Assembly (NCBI GenBank): GCA_963812155.1
Contig: CAWETW010000002.1
Coordinates: forward strand, 384,001 to 448,000
Source: Vulcanimicrobiota bacterium
Lineage (GTDB): Bacteria > Vulcanimicrobiota > Vulcanimicrobiia > Vulcanimicrobiales > Vulcanimicrobiaceae
Direction: 5' to 3'
Length of the DNA stretch: 64,000 bases
A model generated the notes under the pieces. That model ran no database searches. It had not been told where the DNA came from and saw only the letters and a list, made by a program, of their open reading frames with translations. This document shows, piece by piece, positions 1 to 11,070 of the stretch. The stretch's first letter is position 1, and the number at the start of each line of letters is the position of its first letter. A program made the position numbers and the translations under genes.

Positions 1-641
1 TCGCCCGCGACCGGTGCGGGATAGCGCTCGTAGAGAAAGCCGCCGTCGTTGGGAAGCCACGCCGCGGTCGAAAACTTACTCCATTGCAGCGTATCGGGCA
101 GGTCCTTGCCGCCGGCAACATCGCGCACGTGCCACGTGACCCAGTCGGAACCTGAACCGTGGGAGGCGTAGGCGAGATAGCGGGCAGTCCAACTCGGGAA
201 CTCGCCGCCGAGGGTCACCGATCCGTCACTGGAAAGCCCGTTCGGATCGATCAGCACGCGTGGCGCGCCGTTCGGGCCGCGCATCGTATAGAGCACCGCT
301 TGGTCTTGCAATCCCGAATTATAGAAGTAAAAGTAGGCGTCGCGCATGTGAAACGGCACGGTATAGCGCTCGTAGTTTGCCAGCGATTGCAGCCGCGTGC
401 GAATCGCGGCACGCTGCGGAATCGCATCGAGATACGAACGCGAGAGCGCGGCTTCGGCCTCGATCCAACTGCGCGTCGCCGGCGCGTCTATGGCCTCGAG
501 CGGACGGTACGGGTCGGCGACGGTCGTCCCATAGTACGTGTCGACGGTCGCGTCGGTCGGCGGTTTGGGATACTCGAAGCTGCTTCCCAAGAGAACCAGG
601 CACCCGGCAAGCGCAAAGCTTGCATAGGCGACGCGCGACAT
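1..641 (-). CDS. Prolyl oligopeptidase (S9) family, N-terminal part; runs off the window
   Basis: Manual translation MSRVAYASFALAGCLVLLG...VDTYYGTTVADPYRPLE...PRVLIDPN...GSGSDW...LQWSKFS is typical of the S9A N-terminal region. Not listed in the ORF track. Confidence 0.85.
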   Translation of the reverse strand, partial: MSRVAYASFALAGCLVLLGSSFEYPKPPTDATVDTYYGTTVADPYRPLEAIDAPATRSWIEAEAALSRSYLDAIPQRAAIRTRLQSLANYERYTVPFHMRDAYFYFYNSGLQDQAVLYTMRGPNGAPRVLIDPNGLSSDGSVTLGGEFPSWTARYLAYASHGSGSDWVTWHVRDVAGGKDLPDTLQWSKFSTAAWLPNDGGFLYERYPAPVAG

Positions 642-647
642 CGGTTC

Positions 648-3600
648 CTATTCTGCCAACGCGGTGGCAACGATGCGTTCTTGTTCGACCGCGTGCTGGC
701 CGGCATAGCCTTCGCTCGGGCTCGCGCGGTAGCCGCGTCCGATGTACTCGATGTCGAATCCGTCGCGCTTGCTTTCGAGCAGGCGCCGGCGCACGAAGGC
801 GCGCGCGCCCATGTTCTTCGGCTCTTCCTGCACCCACACGATCTTTTTGAGCTTCGGGATAGCCGCCGATGACGCGATTGATCTCGCCCGCGGGAAGCGG
901 CGCGAGCAATTCGATGCGCGCGATGGCAGTACTCCGCAACGAGGCGTAGGACGCGTGCGCGACGAGGTCGTGATAGATCTTGCCGCTGCAGAGAATCAAG
1001 CGTTCGATGGCCGTCCGGTCGGTCACGCGCGGATCGTCGATGACCGGCGCGAACGGATCCGAGCGCCATGTCGTCGAGGCTGCCCGCCGCACTCTGCACC
1101 CGCAGCAGCGATTTCGGCGTCATCACGACCAGCGGCACCGCGATCGGCGAACGTGCCTGCATGCGCAGCAAGTGATAGTAGTTGCCGGCGTTCGACGGGT
1201 ACGCGACGCGCAGATTTCCTTCCGCAACGAGCTGCAAGAAACGCTCGAGACGCGCGCTCGAGTGCTCCGGACCACCGCCTTCGTAGCCGTGCGGGAGCAG
1301 CAAGACCAGGCGCGAGTTCTGACCCCACTTCGCCTGTCCGGCGGCGATGAACTGATCGACGACGATCTGCGCGCCGTTGAAGAAGTCGCCGTACTGCGCT
1401 TCCCACAGCACGAGCGCTCCCGGCACCTGCGTCGAGTAGCCGTACTCGAATCCGACGCAGGCGTACTCCGAGAGCGGGCTGTTGCGGATCTCGAACGATG
1501 CCTGCGACTCCGCCAAATGCTGTAGCGGAACCCACGTCGCGCTGCGATCGACGTCGTGAAACACGGCGTGCCGGTGGCTGAAGGTTCCGCGCTCGGTATC
1601 CTGGCCGGAGAGCCGGATCGGCGTTTCGCCGGTGAGAAGCGACGCAAAGGCGAGCGCTTCGGCGGTGCCCCAGTCGACGGTGCCGCGCTCGGCGATCGAG
1701 TCGCGGCGGCGATCGATCTGCGCGACCAGTTTCCGATTCAAGACGAAACCTTCCGGAACGCTTCCGAGCGCGGCGGTCCACGCTTCAAGCTGCGCTCGCG
1801 ATACCGGCGGCAGCAGCGTGCCGTCGAACGTGTTGCTGCCGGCCATCTTGCGCCCGGTCGTGTGCGTCGCGAGCACGCCTTTGACGGACCTGCGCGCTTC
1901 GCCGAGCCGCTCGGCGGCTTCCTCGACCATCGCGCGCGACTGATCGGCCGTCAGTACGCCTTGATTGATGAGTTTGTTGGCGAAGAGTTCGCGCACGGTC
2001 GGATGGCTCTTGATCCTCTCGGCCAGCTGCGGCTGGGTGTATGCCGGTTCGTCTTGTTCGTTGTGACCGAAGCGGCGGTACCCGATCAAGTCGATCAGCA
2101 CGTCGCGCGCGAACGCGCGCCGGAAATCGACCGCCAAATGCACGGCGGCGATGCACGCGTCGACGTCGTCGGCGTTGACGTGAACGATCGGCACGTCGAA
2201 GCCCTTTGCCAAGTCCGACGCGTAACGCGTCGAACGGGCGTCGGCCGGATCGGTCGTAAAACCGATTTGATTGTTGGCGATGAGATGAATCGTGCCGCCG
2301 GTTTGATAGCCGGGCAGCGACTGCAGGTTGAGGACTTCCGAAACGATGCCTTGACCGGGAAATGCGGCATCGCCGTGAATCAGAATCGGTACCGCGCCTT
2401 TGGGATCGTAGTCCGGGAACGCCGGTAGCGTGATCGGTTTGCAGCGCCCGCGCGCTGCCTTCGACGACCGGATCGACGGCTTCCAGATGACTCGGATTGT
2501 GGGCGAGCGTCACGGCGATCGATTTGCTCTTCGAGGTGACGAACGTGCCGGTCGATCCATGGTGGTATTTTACGTCGCCCATCACGTCGTCGTCGCCTAG
2601 CTCCCCGCGATATTGCGCCGCCTCGAACTCCATCATGGCTTCTTCGTACGGCGCGTTTACGACGTGCGCGATGACGTTGAGCCGTCCGCGGTGAGCCATG
2701 CCGAGCACGGCGTTACGCACGCCGTCGTCGGCGAACATGTCGAGCATTTCCTCGAGCATCGGCACCATCACGTCGAGACCTTCACCGGAGAACGTTTTCT
2801 GTCCGAGGAACGTCTTGCGCACGTAGCGATCGAACGCTTCGACGCGCGTCAAACGCGAGAGGAACTCGATTTGTCTCTCGGGCGAAAACTTCACTTTGTT
2901 CTTGCCGGATTCGATGTAGTCGCGCAGCCACACGCGCTGACCCGCGTTCGAAATGTGTTCGATCTCGTAAGCGATCGTAGAACTGTACGTCTCTTTGAGG
3001 TGCGGCAGCACCTCGTTGAGCGTGCTCCCGGGAACCTTGACGCGCAGGACGCCGGCCGGAATCGCGCTCATCAGCGCCGGCGTCAAACCGTAGGTCTGCG
3101 GTTCGAGCGACGAATCGCCGACCGGCGGCGTGCCCAGCGGATCGAGATGCGCCGCTAGATGGCCGTGGCGGCGGTACGCCGAGACGATCGCCATGCCCGC
3201 AGCGACGGCGCGCAGCATCTCGTCGGAGGGCGGCGCCGCACCGGCGGAGCCGGGCGTCCGCGCGGCCGGAATCGTCGTGGTGATCTGCGGGACCGGAGCC
3301 GCCTGCAAACCGAGCGATCCGAAAATCTCTTCGTAGAATCCGTCGCGTCCTTGAAGCAGTTCGTCGACGCGGCGCAGGTATTCACCCGACTGCGCGCCTT
3401 GAATCACGCGATGATCGTAGGTGCTCGTCACGTGCATGATCTTCGAAACGCCCAACAGTTGCAGCGATTGCACGTTGGCGCCGGCGAACCCGGGCGGATA
3501 ACCGATCGCTCCGGTCGCGATAATTGCACCCTGTCCCGACATCAGTCGCGGCAGCGAAGCGATGGTTCCGATTCCGCCGGGATTGGTGAGCGTAAACGAG

Positions 3601-4580
3601 GCGCCTTGCAGATCGTCGGCCACGAGTTTGTTGTCGCGCGCCTTTGCAACCAGCGCTTCGTAGGCGTTCCGAAATGCCGCGAAGTCGAGCGCGGCGGCGT
3701 TCTTGATCACCGGCACGACCAAGAACCGCGAGCCGTCTTTCCGCTCGCTGTCGACGGCGAGACCGAGGTGAATGCCGGGCTCGAGCCGTGCCGGAGCGCC
3801 CTTTTCGTCGCGCCGGAACGAATGCGTGATGAACGGCATTTCGCGCGCCGCACGCACGAGACCAAAGGCCACGACGTGGGTGAACGAAACCTTTTCTTGG
3901 CGCCCGGCGGCTTTAATCGCACCGTTGAGTTCTTTGCGTCGCGCGTCGAGCACGTCGACGGCCAAAGCGCGAAAACTCGTCGCGGTCGGAATCGTCAGGC
4001 TTTGCTCCATGTAGCCGGCAAGCGCGGCAGCCGGTCCCTTCAAGGGCGCGAGCGTTGCGCCGGCGGGTATGGGTCCCGCCGAAGACGTTGCGTCGTGGCG
4101 GCGCTTTGCGGCCTCGGCTTGACCGACGACGTCGCCGCGGAGAATCAGGCCGTCGGGACCCGAGCCGCGGACCCGCGCGAGATCGACGTCGAGCCGCCGC
4201 GCCATCCGGCGCGCCGGTTGGTCGGCAAGCGCGTGGCCCGCCGGCGTCGGCGGCGCTGCCGCCGGCGGCGGGGCGGGTGCGGCGGCAGTTGCCCCGTTGC
4301 CCGACGATGCCGGCGCCGTACGCGCGGCCGCCTGCCCGTTACTCTTGCTCGTATCGATTTCGGCGAGTGCGGCGCCGACCGAAACCGAGTCGCCTTCGCC
4401 CGCCAGAATCTGCGTGATGACGCCGCTCGCAGTGGCGGGCACCTCGACGTCCACCTTGTCCGTGGTCACGTCGACCAAAGCGTCGCCTTCGGCCACGAAG
4501 TCGCCGACCCGCTTGCGCCATTCGACGATGGAGCCCTCGGTGACCGACTCGCCCATCTCGGGCAGCGTCACCTTCACCAT
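648..4580 (-). CDS. kgd: Multifunctional 2-oxoglutarate dehydrogenase: lipoyl domain + PSBD + E2 catalytic domain + E1; frameshifts near 2415, 1058 and 857
   Basis: TTDKVDVEV lipoyl motif, TSTYDHRVIQGA, GMAHRGRLN, HNPSHLEAV, HGDAAF, RLSGQD, WEAQYGDF, GPEHSSAR and WVQEEPKNMGA, distributed across successive frames (ORFs 1785-4655, 488-2212, 319-1092, 648-839). Confidence 0.93.
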
Positions 4581-4680
4581 CGCGTCCACTTTTTTCGTCA
4601 ATGCTCCCGAAACTCGAAGATGCTCTTGCGCGCCTTCGCGACGGCCCACGAGCAAACCCCGCGCGCGCCGTACAAGTCTG

Positions 4681-5667
4681 CTACCGAGCGTCGATGCCGG
4701 TCACGTGCGCGATCGCGAGGCTGCTTGCGGCGATGGCGACCCACAGAACTGCGCCCAAGGCGAGCGGGCGCAGTCCCGCCTCGCGCATGCGCCGCACGTC
4801 GGCGCTAAGGCCGACGCCGGCCAAAGCGACGACGATTGCCGCCCATGCAATGGATTGGATCGCATGCTCCCAGCCGGCCGGAATCGCGCCGAGCGAATGG
4901 GCGGCCGCTGCAACGACGAACCACAGAACGAACCACGGAACGATGCTTCGCCATGGAATCGCCGGCTCGTCGCGCGTGCGCGTCGCCAAGCGTTTCCAGG
5001 CATAATAAAGCACCATCGGCACGATCAGCAGCGTGCGCGTGAGTTTAACGACCACGCCCGTGTTGCCGGCTTGGGAACCGTAAGCAAACGCAGCCGCCAC
5101 GACCGACGACGTGTCGTTGATGGCGGTGCCGGCCCAGAGCCCGAATGCCGATTGCGACAGCGCGAGTGCGTGACCGAGCGGCGGGAACGTCAGCACGGCG
5201 ACGACGTTGAAGAAGAAGACGGTTCCGAGCGCGTAAGCGACGTCTGAGGCGTCGACGTCGATCACGCTCGACAACGCCGCGATCGCCGAACCGCCGCAGA
5301 TTCCGGTTCCGATCGCGAGCAACCGCCGCAAATCGCGATCGAGTCCGAGCGCGCGACCGCACGCGTACGCCAACGCCAGCACGATGACGAAGGTACCGAG
5401 CATCACCGGCAGCGCCGTCACGCCGCCGCGTACGATCTGCCCGAGGCTCAACGTCGCTCCCAGCAGCACGATCGAACACTGGAGGAGCGTCTTCGACACG
5501 AACGCCGCGCCGGGCTCGATCGACGCCGGCACGATGCGCAGCGCCGCGATGGCGACGCCGGCAACGATGGAAAAGACCGGAGCCCCGACGATCGGCGCCC
5601 ATCTTCCGAGCAGCATCGCGAACGCGGCGATAGCCGCGCACGCGAGGATGCCGGGGAGCAGTTTCAC
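4681..5667 (-). CDS. YeiH/UPF0324 putative sulfate exporter family membrane protein
   Basis: About 10 TM segments; AIGTGICGGSAIAA, FGLWAGTAINDTSSVVAAA and VKLTR motifs. Confidence 0.9.
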   Translation of the reverse strand: MKLLPGILACAAIAAFAMLLGRWAPIVGAPVFSIVAGVAIAALRIVPASIEPGAAFVSKTLLQCSIVLLGATLSLGQIVRGGVTALPVMLGTFVIVLALAYACGRALGLDRDLRRLLAIGTGICGGSAIAALSSVIDVDASDVAYALGTVFFFNVVAVLTFPPLGHALALSQSAFGLWAGTAINDTSSVVAAAFAYGSQAGNTGVVVKLTRTLLIVPMVLYYAWKRLATRTRDEPAIPWRSIVPWFVLWFVVAAAAHSLGAIPAGWEHAIQSIAWAAIVVALAGVGLSADVRRMREAGLRPLALGAVLWVAIAASSLAIAHVTGIDAR

Positions 5668-5689
5668 TCCCGGCAGTTATAACGTTCGG

Positions 5690-6488
5690 CTAAAAATATC
5701 CGGCTTGGCGCGGAACCGCGTGGATCAAGACGCTGCGTTGAAAATGCGGGCGGCGGTGGCTGAGCACGAAAGCGGCGACGTCGTAGGCCTCGCCGAGCGA
5801 GAGCGATCCCGGCGCCGTTCTTCGGCATGTTGTAGCGGACGAAGCCGGTCATGCGATCGATGTGCGCCATGCCGGCACCGGCGTTGAACGAACCGCTGCC
5901 CCACAGTGGCGGAAAGGCGCCCTTCACCCCGGCGCCGTCGGCTCGATGGCACTGGACGCACGTGCGCGCGTAGAGGTCCGCACCGTGCGCGACGTCGGGC
6001 GAACGTGCGGGCAACGGCTCGATGAAGCGATCCGACGCCTTCACCGGCGTACCCACGGGAATTCCGCGCGAAAGCCACGCGATGTACGCAACCATCGCGA
6101 TCATCGCCGGACTGCTGTAGCTGGGCGGACGGCCGTTCATGCTGTAGAGAAAACACTCGGCCAGCCGATCCTGGAGCGTGATGATGCGGTGGGCGCGCTT
6201 GTTCCACTGCGGAAAGCGTCCGTACGTCCCGACGAAGCTGCCGCCTTTGAGTTTCGTTCCGGCGTCGAGGTGACAGGCGGCGCACGTCATGTTCGCGCGC
6301 ACGTAGCCCTTCATCAGATGCGGCGTGTCGACGATAATGGCCCGGCCGTACTCGATCGACGCACCAAGCGGTCCAGCCGGCAGTGCGCGCGGATCGTACA
6401 ACGCTTGCGGGTGTCCGCCGCTCGAACACGCCGCCGCCGCCAGAGCGAATGCCGCAACGAAGAGCCGCACACCCTGCCGTAGTCGCAT
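5690..6488 (-). CDS. tsdA: Diheme cytochrome c, thiosulfate dehydrogenase TsdA-like lipoprotein; frameshift near 5815
   Basis: CAACH and CVQCH heme motifs, RLAECFLYSMNG, FPPLWG.GSFN.GAGM, YNMP, lipobox-like AAAC. The corrected frame continues APGSLSLGEAYDVAAFV to TAG at 5690. Confidence 0.75.
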
Positions 6489-6489
6489 C

Positions 6490-7194
6490 CTAAATTTCCG
6501 GCGCAATGTACGTATAGCGATATTTTGCCTGCAACACCGCGATGGTCGCCACCATTGCGGGCACCACGAGGGCGCCGGGAATCAAATGCGTCAGCATGTC
6601 GTCGGCGACGTCGTCGGCGGACATTCCCGCTGGAGCGAAGCCCTTTTTTACGATGCCGCGCGCCTGCTCTTCGGTGGCGGTGTGGCAGTTGAGGTAGATC
6701 AGGCCGCGACGCTGCAGCGTTGCGATCGACGTATCTTGGTACGTGCCCTTATCGTCGTCCGGGTTTGCATTTTCGTCGAACGGGGCGCGCGCCGCAACGA
6801 ACGTGTTGGTTTGCAATACCGCACCGGCAGCATCGGTGAGATTGAAGTACTCGCCGATCCGGTATTTTTTCCAGACGTAGTCCGTGTAGCCGTACGCCGC
6901 AGATGGTCCGTGTGCGGCGAACGCGACGGCGATTCTTCCGGATGGGTATCCGAAACCGAACTGCAGGCCGTTGAACGAATTCTTCACGTTGTTCCACATC
7001 GTCGGCCGGAACGCCACCGACTCGTACAGTTGGCGAATGTCCGCGTCGCGGCCAACAGCCGCGTCGAACGCCGCCTCGTCGAAGTCCGCCCGGCGTTCGA
7101 CGAATCGAGTGCCGCCGGGGACGCCTTGGGCGCCGGCAGTGCCCCCCGCGGCCATCGCGATCGCCGCCGCCGACAAAAAGGTAGTGCGGTTCAT
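6490..7194 (-). CDS. Exported DsrE-like protein
   Basis: Tat-like signal MNRTTFLSAAA; IAVAFAAHGP, YLNCHTA and LIPGALVVPAMVATIAVLQ resemble periplasmic DsrE-fold proteins. Confidence 0.55.
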   Translation of the reverse strand: MNRTTFLSAAAIAMAAGGTAGAQGVPGGTRFVERRADFDEAAFDAAVGRDADIRQLYESVAFRPTMWNNVKNSFNGLQFGFGYPSGRIAVAFAAHGPSAAYGYTDYVWKKYRIGEYFNLTDAAGAVLQTNTFVAARAPFDENANPDDDKGTYQDTSIATLQRRGLIYLNCHTATEEQARGIVKKGFAPAGMSADDVADDMLTHLIPGALVVPAMVATIAVLQAKYRYTYIAPEI

Positions 7195-7308
7195 GCTCCC
7201 CAGTTCCTCGTTTTATTAACTAAAGTCATTTGTTCTCCACGCCCGCGCCAGTTTCCCGCGCGGCGCGCGCTCTAGGACCCCTCCCCCGGCAGGTCAAAGG
7301 GCTCCTCC

Positions 7309-8187
7309 ATGGACGGATTCGAGGTAGACCCGACGCGCGCAACCTCACTCGACGTCGGGCGGCGATCGTTCGTCGGCATCGCGGCGGCCGCCACCGCGGG
7401 CATCGGCAGCGTCGCCCGCGGGCTCGCGCAGGCGCTCCCGGCGATGGGACAAACCCACGCGCCGCTGGTCCCCGAAGACGATCCAAGCATCGTCACCGAC
7501 CGTCCCACGCTTACCGTCGACGGCTCGACCGTCGCGTCGTATGCCGCGTGGCCGAAGCAGGCCGATGCAAGAACGCCGTCGGTCGTCGTCGTCATGCACA
7601 TATGGGGCGTCGACACCTCGATACGCGACGTGGTGCGCCGCTTCGCAGACGCCGGTTTCGCTGCGATCGCGCCGGATTTGTACGCGCGCCACAACGGGCC
7701 GATCGGCGACGGCAGCACCGATGTCGCAGCGTTCCGTCCATACGCAAAGCAACTCGATCCCAAACAATACGTCGACGATTTGGGCGCGGCGGCCGGCTGG
7801 CTCGCGGCGCGCTTCCCTTCGACCAAGACCGCCATCATGGGATTCTGCATGGGCGGACACATCGCACTCGTGACCGCGGCCGCGACGGGGAAGCGTTTCG
7901 CGGCAGTCTGCCCGTTCTACGGCTCGCCGGACGGCGTCGATCCGCACGCGATCCAGATCCCGGTGTGCGGAAGCTACGGCGCGCGCGACACGAGCATTCC
8001 GGCGGCCGCAGTGCGCGCCTTCGCCGCGGCACTCACCGTTCCCAACGACATCCGTATCTACGACGAAGCCGGTCACGCGTTCTTCGACGACCAGCGCGCG
8101 TCGTACGTTGCGACGGCTGCCGCGGACGCGTGGAAACGCACCATCGCGTTCCTGCAGAAGTATTCGGTCGAGCCGGCATGCTCGTAA
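7309..8187 (+). CDS. Dienelactone hydrolase family protein, Tat-like signal
   Basis: GFCMGG nucleophile motif, APDLY, AGHAF; GRRSF near the N-terminus. Confidence 0.9.
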   Translation: MDGFEVDPTRATSLDVGRRSFVGIAAAATAGIGSVARGLAQALPAMGQTHAPLVPEDDPSIVTDRPTLTVDGSTVASYAAWPKQADARTPSVVVVMHIWGVDTSIRDVVRRFADAGFAAIAPDLYARHNGPIGDGSTDVAAFRPYAKQLDPKQYVDDLGAAAGWLAARFPSTKTAIMGFCMGGHIALVTAAATGKRFAAVCPFYGSPDGVDPHAIQIPVCGSYGARDTSIPAAAVRAFAAALTVPNDIRIYDEAGHAFFDDQRASYVATAAADAWKRTIAFLQKYSVEPACS

Positions 8188-9410
8188 CCGTCACGCCCAT
8201 CCTCCTCGCCGCGTTTGGAATAGGCGCCGTCGCCGGCGCAATCGCTGCGTGGCTCTTTTCGCGCGCCGAGATCAGCGGTTTGCGCGCGACGCTGGCCGAG
8301 TCCGCGGGGTCGCAGGAGCATGCGATCGAAGCGCTTCTCGAACGCGCCAAGAACGAACTGCGCGATGCAACGGCGCATCGCGCGAGCGAGCGCGTCGGCG
8401 AACTCGTCGCGCCCGTAGCGCAGAAGCTGCACGAGTTCGATCGGCTTCTGCAAGAGCTCGAGGCGAGGCGCCAGCACGAAAGCGGCAGCCTGCGCGCGCA
8501 GATCGACAATCTGCTCGGACGAGCCGAAAAGCTCGAGAACGCGACGACGAGCCTGACGACGCAGACGTCCACGCTCGTGACCGCGTTGCGCAATCCGGCG
8601 TCCCGCGGCAAATGGGGCGAAATGCAGTTGCGCAACGTCGTCGAGAAGGCCGGGATGCTGCCGTACTGCGACTTCTCCGAGCAGCAGACCGTCGCGCTCG
8701 AAGAGGCGCGCGGCCGTCCCGACATGACGGTCAATCTTCCCGGCGAGCGATTCGTGTTTGTGGACGCCAAGGCACCGACCGATTCGATGCAGGCGGCGCT
8801 CGAAGCGTCCGACGACGAGTCGCGGCGCCGGCTGGTGAAGCAACACGCGCGCGCCTTACGGGATCATGCCGACGCGCTGGCGCGGCGCGGATATCAGACC
8901 GCGAAAGGGTCGGCCGACTACGTCGTAATGTTCGTGCCGGGCGAAGCTTTCTTGAACGCCGCCTGTTCCGAGGACCCGGGCTTCATCGAATACGCGCTCG
9001 ACAAAAACGTTCTGGTCGCGGGACCGCTCTCGCTTATCGGCCTGCTGCGTACGTTCGCAATGGGTTGGCAAGCGCTGCGCCAGGAAGAGAACGCTAAACG
9101 CATCGCCAGCATCGGCAAAGTGCTCTACGAACGCGCGCTGAAATTCTCGGAGCACCTGCTCGAACTGCGGCGAGCGCTCGAAAAATCCGTCAATGCCTTC
9201 AACGGCGCGGTCGGATCGTACGAAACGAAACTCTTGCCGCAGGGCCGGCGCCTGAAAGACGAAGCTTCATTGGCGGGCGACGATCTTTTCGAGATCCCGC
9301 CGATCGACGTCGTGCCTCGCGAGGTTACCGCAATCGACACCGGTCAGTCCCCAAAGCGAATACCGCGTTCGCAGCAGCTCTTTGCCAACGACGACGCCAG
9401 CGGCCTATAG
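8178..9410 (+). CDS. rmuC: DNA recombination protein RmuC
   Basis: N-terminal TM helix and coiled coil; RGKWGEMQL, RPDMTVNLPG, VDAKAP, VVMFVPGE. Confidence 0.92.
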   Translation: MLVTVTPILLAAFGIGAVAGAIAAWLFSRAEISGLRATLAESAGSQEHAIEALLERAKNELRDATAHRASERVGELVAPVAQKLHEFDRLLQELEARRQHESGSLRAQIDNLLGRAEKLENATTSLTTQTSTLVTALRNPASRGKWGEMQLRNVVEKAGMLPYCDFSEQQTVALEEARGRPDMTVNLPGERFVFVDAKAPTDSMQAALEASDDESRRRLVKQHARALRDHADALARRGYQTAKGSADYVVMFVPGEAFLNAACSEDPGFIEYALDKNVLVAGPLSLIGLLRTFAMGWQALRQEENAKRIASIGKVLYERALKFSEHLLELRRALEKSVNAFNGAVGSYETKLLPQGRRLKDEASLAGDDLFEIPPIDVVPREVTAIDTGQSPKRIPRSQQLFANDDASGL

Positions 9411-9422
9411 GGAAGCGCTACG

Positions 9423-9689
9423 TTATCCCTGATCGGGTAGCCGTTCTCCGATCAACTCCCGTATCTTGGCGTTGATCGTCTCACATTTCAGAAAAAACGG
9501 TGCTTTCGTACAGGTGACGGTTAACGAGCGATCGCCGGCATCGTAGCGCCAGTCGATCGTAAAGCCGGCCTTCGAAAGCGTTCCGGCGTCGGAGTTCAGC
9601 GCGATTCCCTCTCGAACGGCGTCGGCTTTCATGGCTTCCCACGTTGCTCGTGAGACTTCCGGAAATACTTGCGGAGGACACGCTGCCAT
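9423..9689 (-). CDS. Small hypothetical protein
   Basis: 88-aa ORF with protein-like composition, GGAG upstream. Confidence 0.6.
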   Translation of the reverse strand: MAACPPQVFPEVSRATWEAMKADAVREGIALNSDAGTLSKAGFTIDWRYDAGDRSLTVTCTKAPFFLKCETINAKIRELIGERLPDQG

Positions 9690-9704
9690 TGCTCAACTCT
9701 CCAT

Positions 9705-10235
9705 CTACGGCCAGTCGGTGCCGTTGGTGAACTCGACCCGCGTGACCGCAAAGACGACGCCGGCCGCGTGAAGCAGCGGGGCGGCCGCGACGGCTTGCTG
9801 CAACGTCGTGCAGTTATCTCCGTATCCGCGGTGACCGACACCGTCTTGCCATGCTTTGAGATCGCTCCAGCCATGGATGTCGATGCCAGACGTAAACTCC
9901 CCGCGACGGTCGAGTTGCAACGTCGCCAGCTCGCGTCCGCGCGCGCCTTCGAGCGAGAAATCGAAGACGACGCGGCGGGCGGTCGTTGTGCCGGTGTTCT
10001 TAAAAGAGACGCAGACGATAGCGCCTTTCCCGTCGCGTTTCACGGCGGCGAATCCGCCGAGAACCGCAATCGGCCCCGACGTTGCGCCGAGCGCCGCCGC
10101 TGCAAAATCGAGCGACCGGTACGGATTCGGAGTCGGCGACGGAGAGGGTGAGGGCGAGGGCGTAGCGGCGTTACCCCTGACGCTGAGGCCAATCGCCAAA
10201 ACCGCCAGCGCAGCGAAGATCGCGCGTGACTTCAT
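9705..10235 (-). CDS. Secreted hypothetical protein
   Basis: Signal peptide MKSRAIFAALAVLAIG followed by a PSPSPSPTP linker. Confidence 0.65.
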   Translation of the reverse strand: MKSRAIFAALAVLAIGLSVRGNAATPSPSPSPSPTPNPYRSLDFAAAALGATSGPIAVLGGFAAVKRDGKGAIVCVSFKNTGTTTARRVVFDFSLEGARGRELATLQLDRRGEFTSGIDIHGWSDLKAWQDGVGHRGYGDNCTTLQQAVAAAPLLHAAGVVFAVTRVEFTNGTDWP

Positions 10236-10405
10236 GCGCCTGCCTTTGGAACCGGCAACGCCGCCTCCTACCGCCGCGCTTTCGCTCGGCTCGTAGATGT
10301 GGCTGTCGCTCATGTGCACGAGTGCGGGTCACCGGGTGCGGAAACGGCGGGTGCGACGCCACTTTCATGCCGTTGACTATGCGCAGCCCCCGTCTTGGGT
10401 TCGCG

Positions 10406-10451
10406 AGGAAACCCCTATTTATCCCAATTCGTCGTCAGCTTGGGCCTATTT
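10406..10451 (-). repeat. Partial (half) copy D of the ~100-nt palindromic repeat
   Basis: AGGAAACCCCTATTTATCCCAATTCGTCGTCAGCTTGGGCCTATTT closely matches the first half of copy B at 31609. Confidence 0.8.
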
Positions 10452-10995
10452 GTGGTCAGTCGACCAGGCCTTGAGCGCGTTGAGCGTATTTTCCACGTGG
10501 AGCGACGGATCGAGGCTCGTATAGGTGTAGACGACGGTGCCGTCGGGCGCGATGACGTACGATGTCCGGTTGGCGTATTGCGGATGTGCGGCGAGCACGG
10601 CATCGTACGACTTTTCGACCGTTTGATCGGTATCGGCGGCAACGGGAAACTTACTGCGGCACTCGCTCACCGAGAACCGCTGCAGCGTATCCAGCTGGTC
10701 GTGCGAAACGCCGATGACCGTCGCGTTGAGCGCTTTGTACTGGTCGATCGCGTCGGCAAACTCGTGTGCTTCGATGGTGCATCCGCTCGTGAACGCGGCC
10801 GGATAGAAGTAGAGCACCACGGGGCCTTTCTTCAGCGCGTCGGCCAGCACGAAGGTGAAGACTTTCCCGCCCTGCAGTCGCCTGCAGCGTGAAGGCGGGC
10901 GCCTTCGCGCCGACGGAAAGCGACGCAATCGCGGGAAGCGCGAGCGCCGCAGCGGCGAGCGACAGGACGAGCGGGGTAGCGAGGCGGCGAATCAT
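10446..10995 (-). CDS. Exported peroxiredoxin (Bcp/PrxQ-like); frameshift near 10875
   Basis: Signal peptide plus SLSVGAKAPAFTL in one frame; VVLYFYPAAFTSGCTIEA (PxxxTxxC) in the next frame. Confidence 0.88.
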
Positions 10996-11070
10996 GAAAA
11001 CGTTCCTCCAGCGCCACCTACCATAGCACATCGCCGCGCCGAACGCATGAAGGCGTGTTAGGATGAACCG

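Noticed and set aside
3159..4808. Long antisense or overlapping ORFs (e.g. 3159-4808, 20076-21527, 57593-59677)
   Set aside because: Arg/Ala-rich shadow frames of real genes, expected at high GC, with no family motifs.
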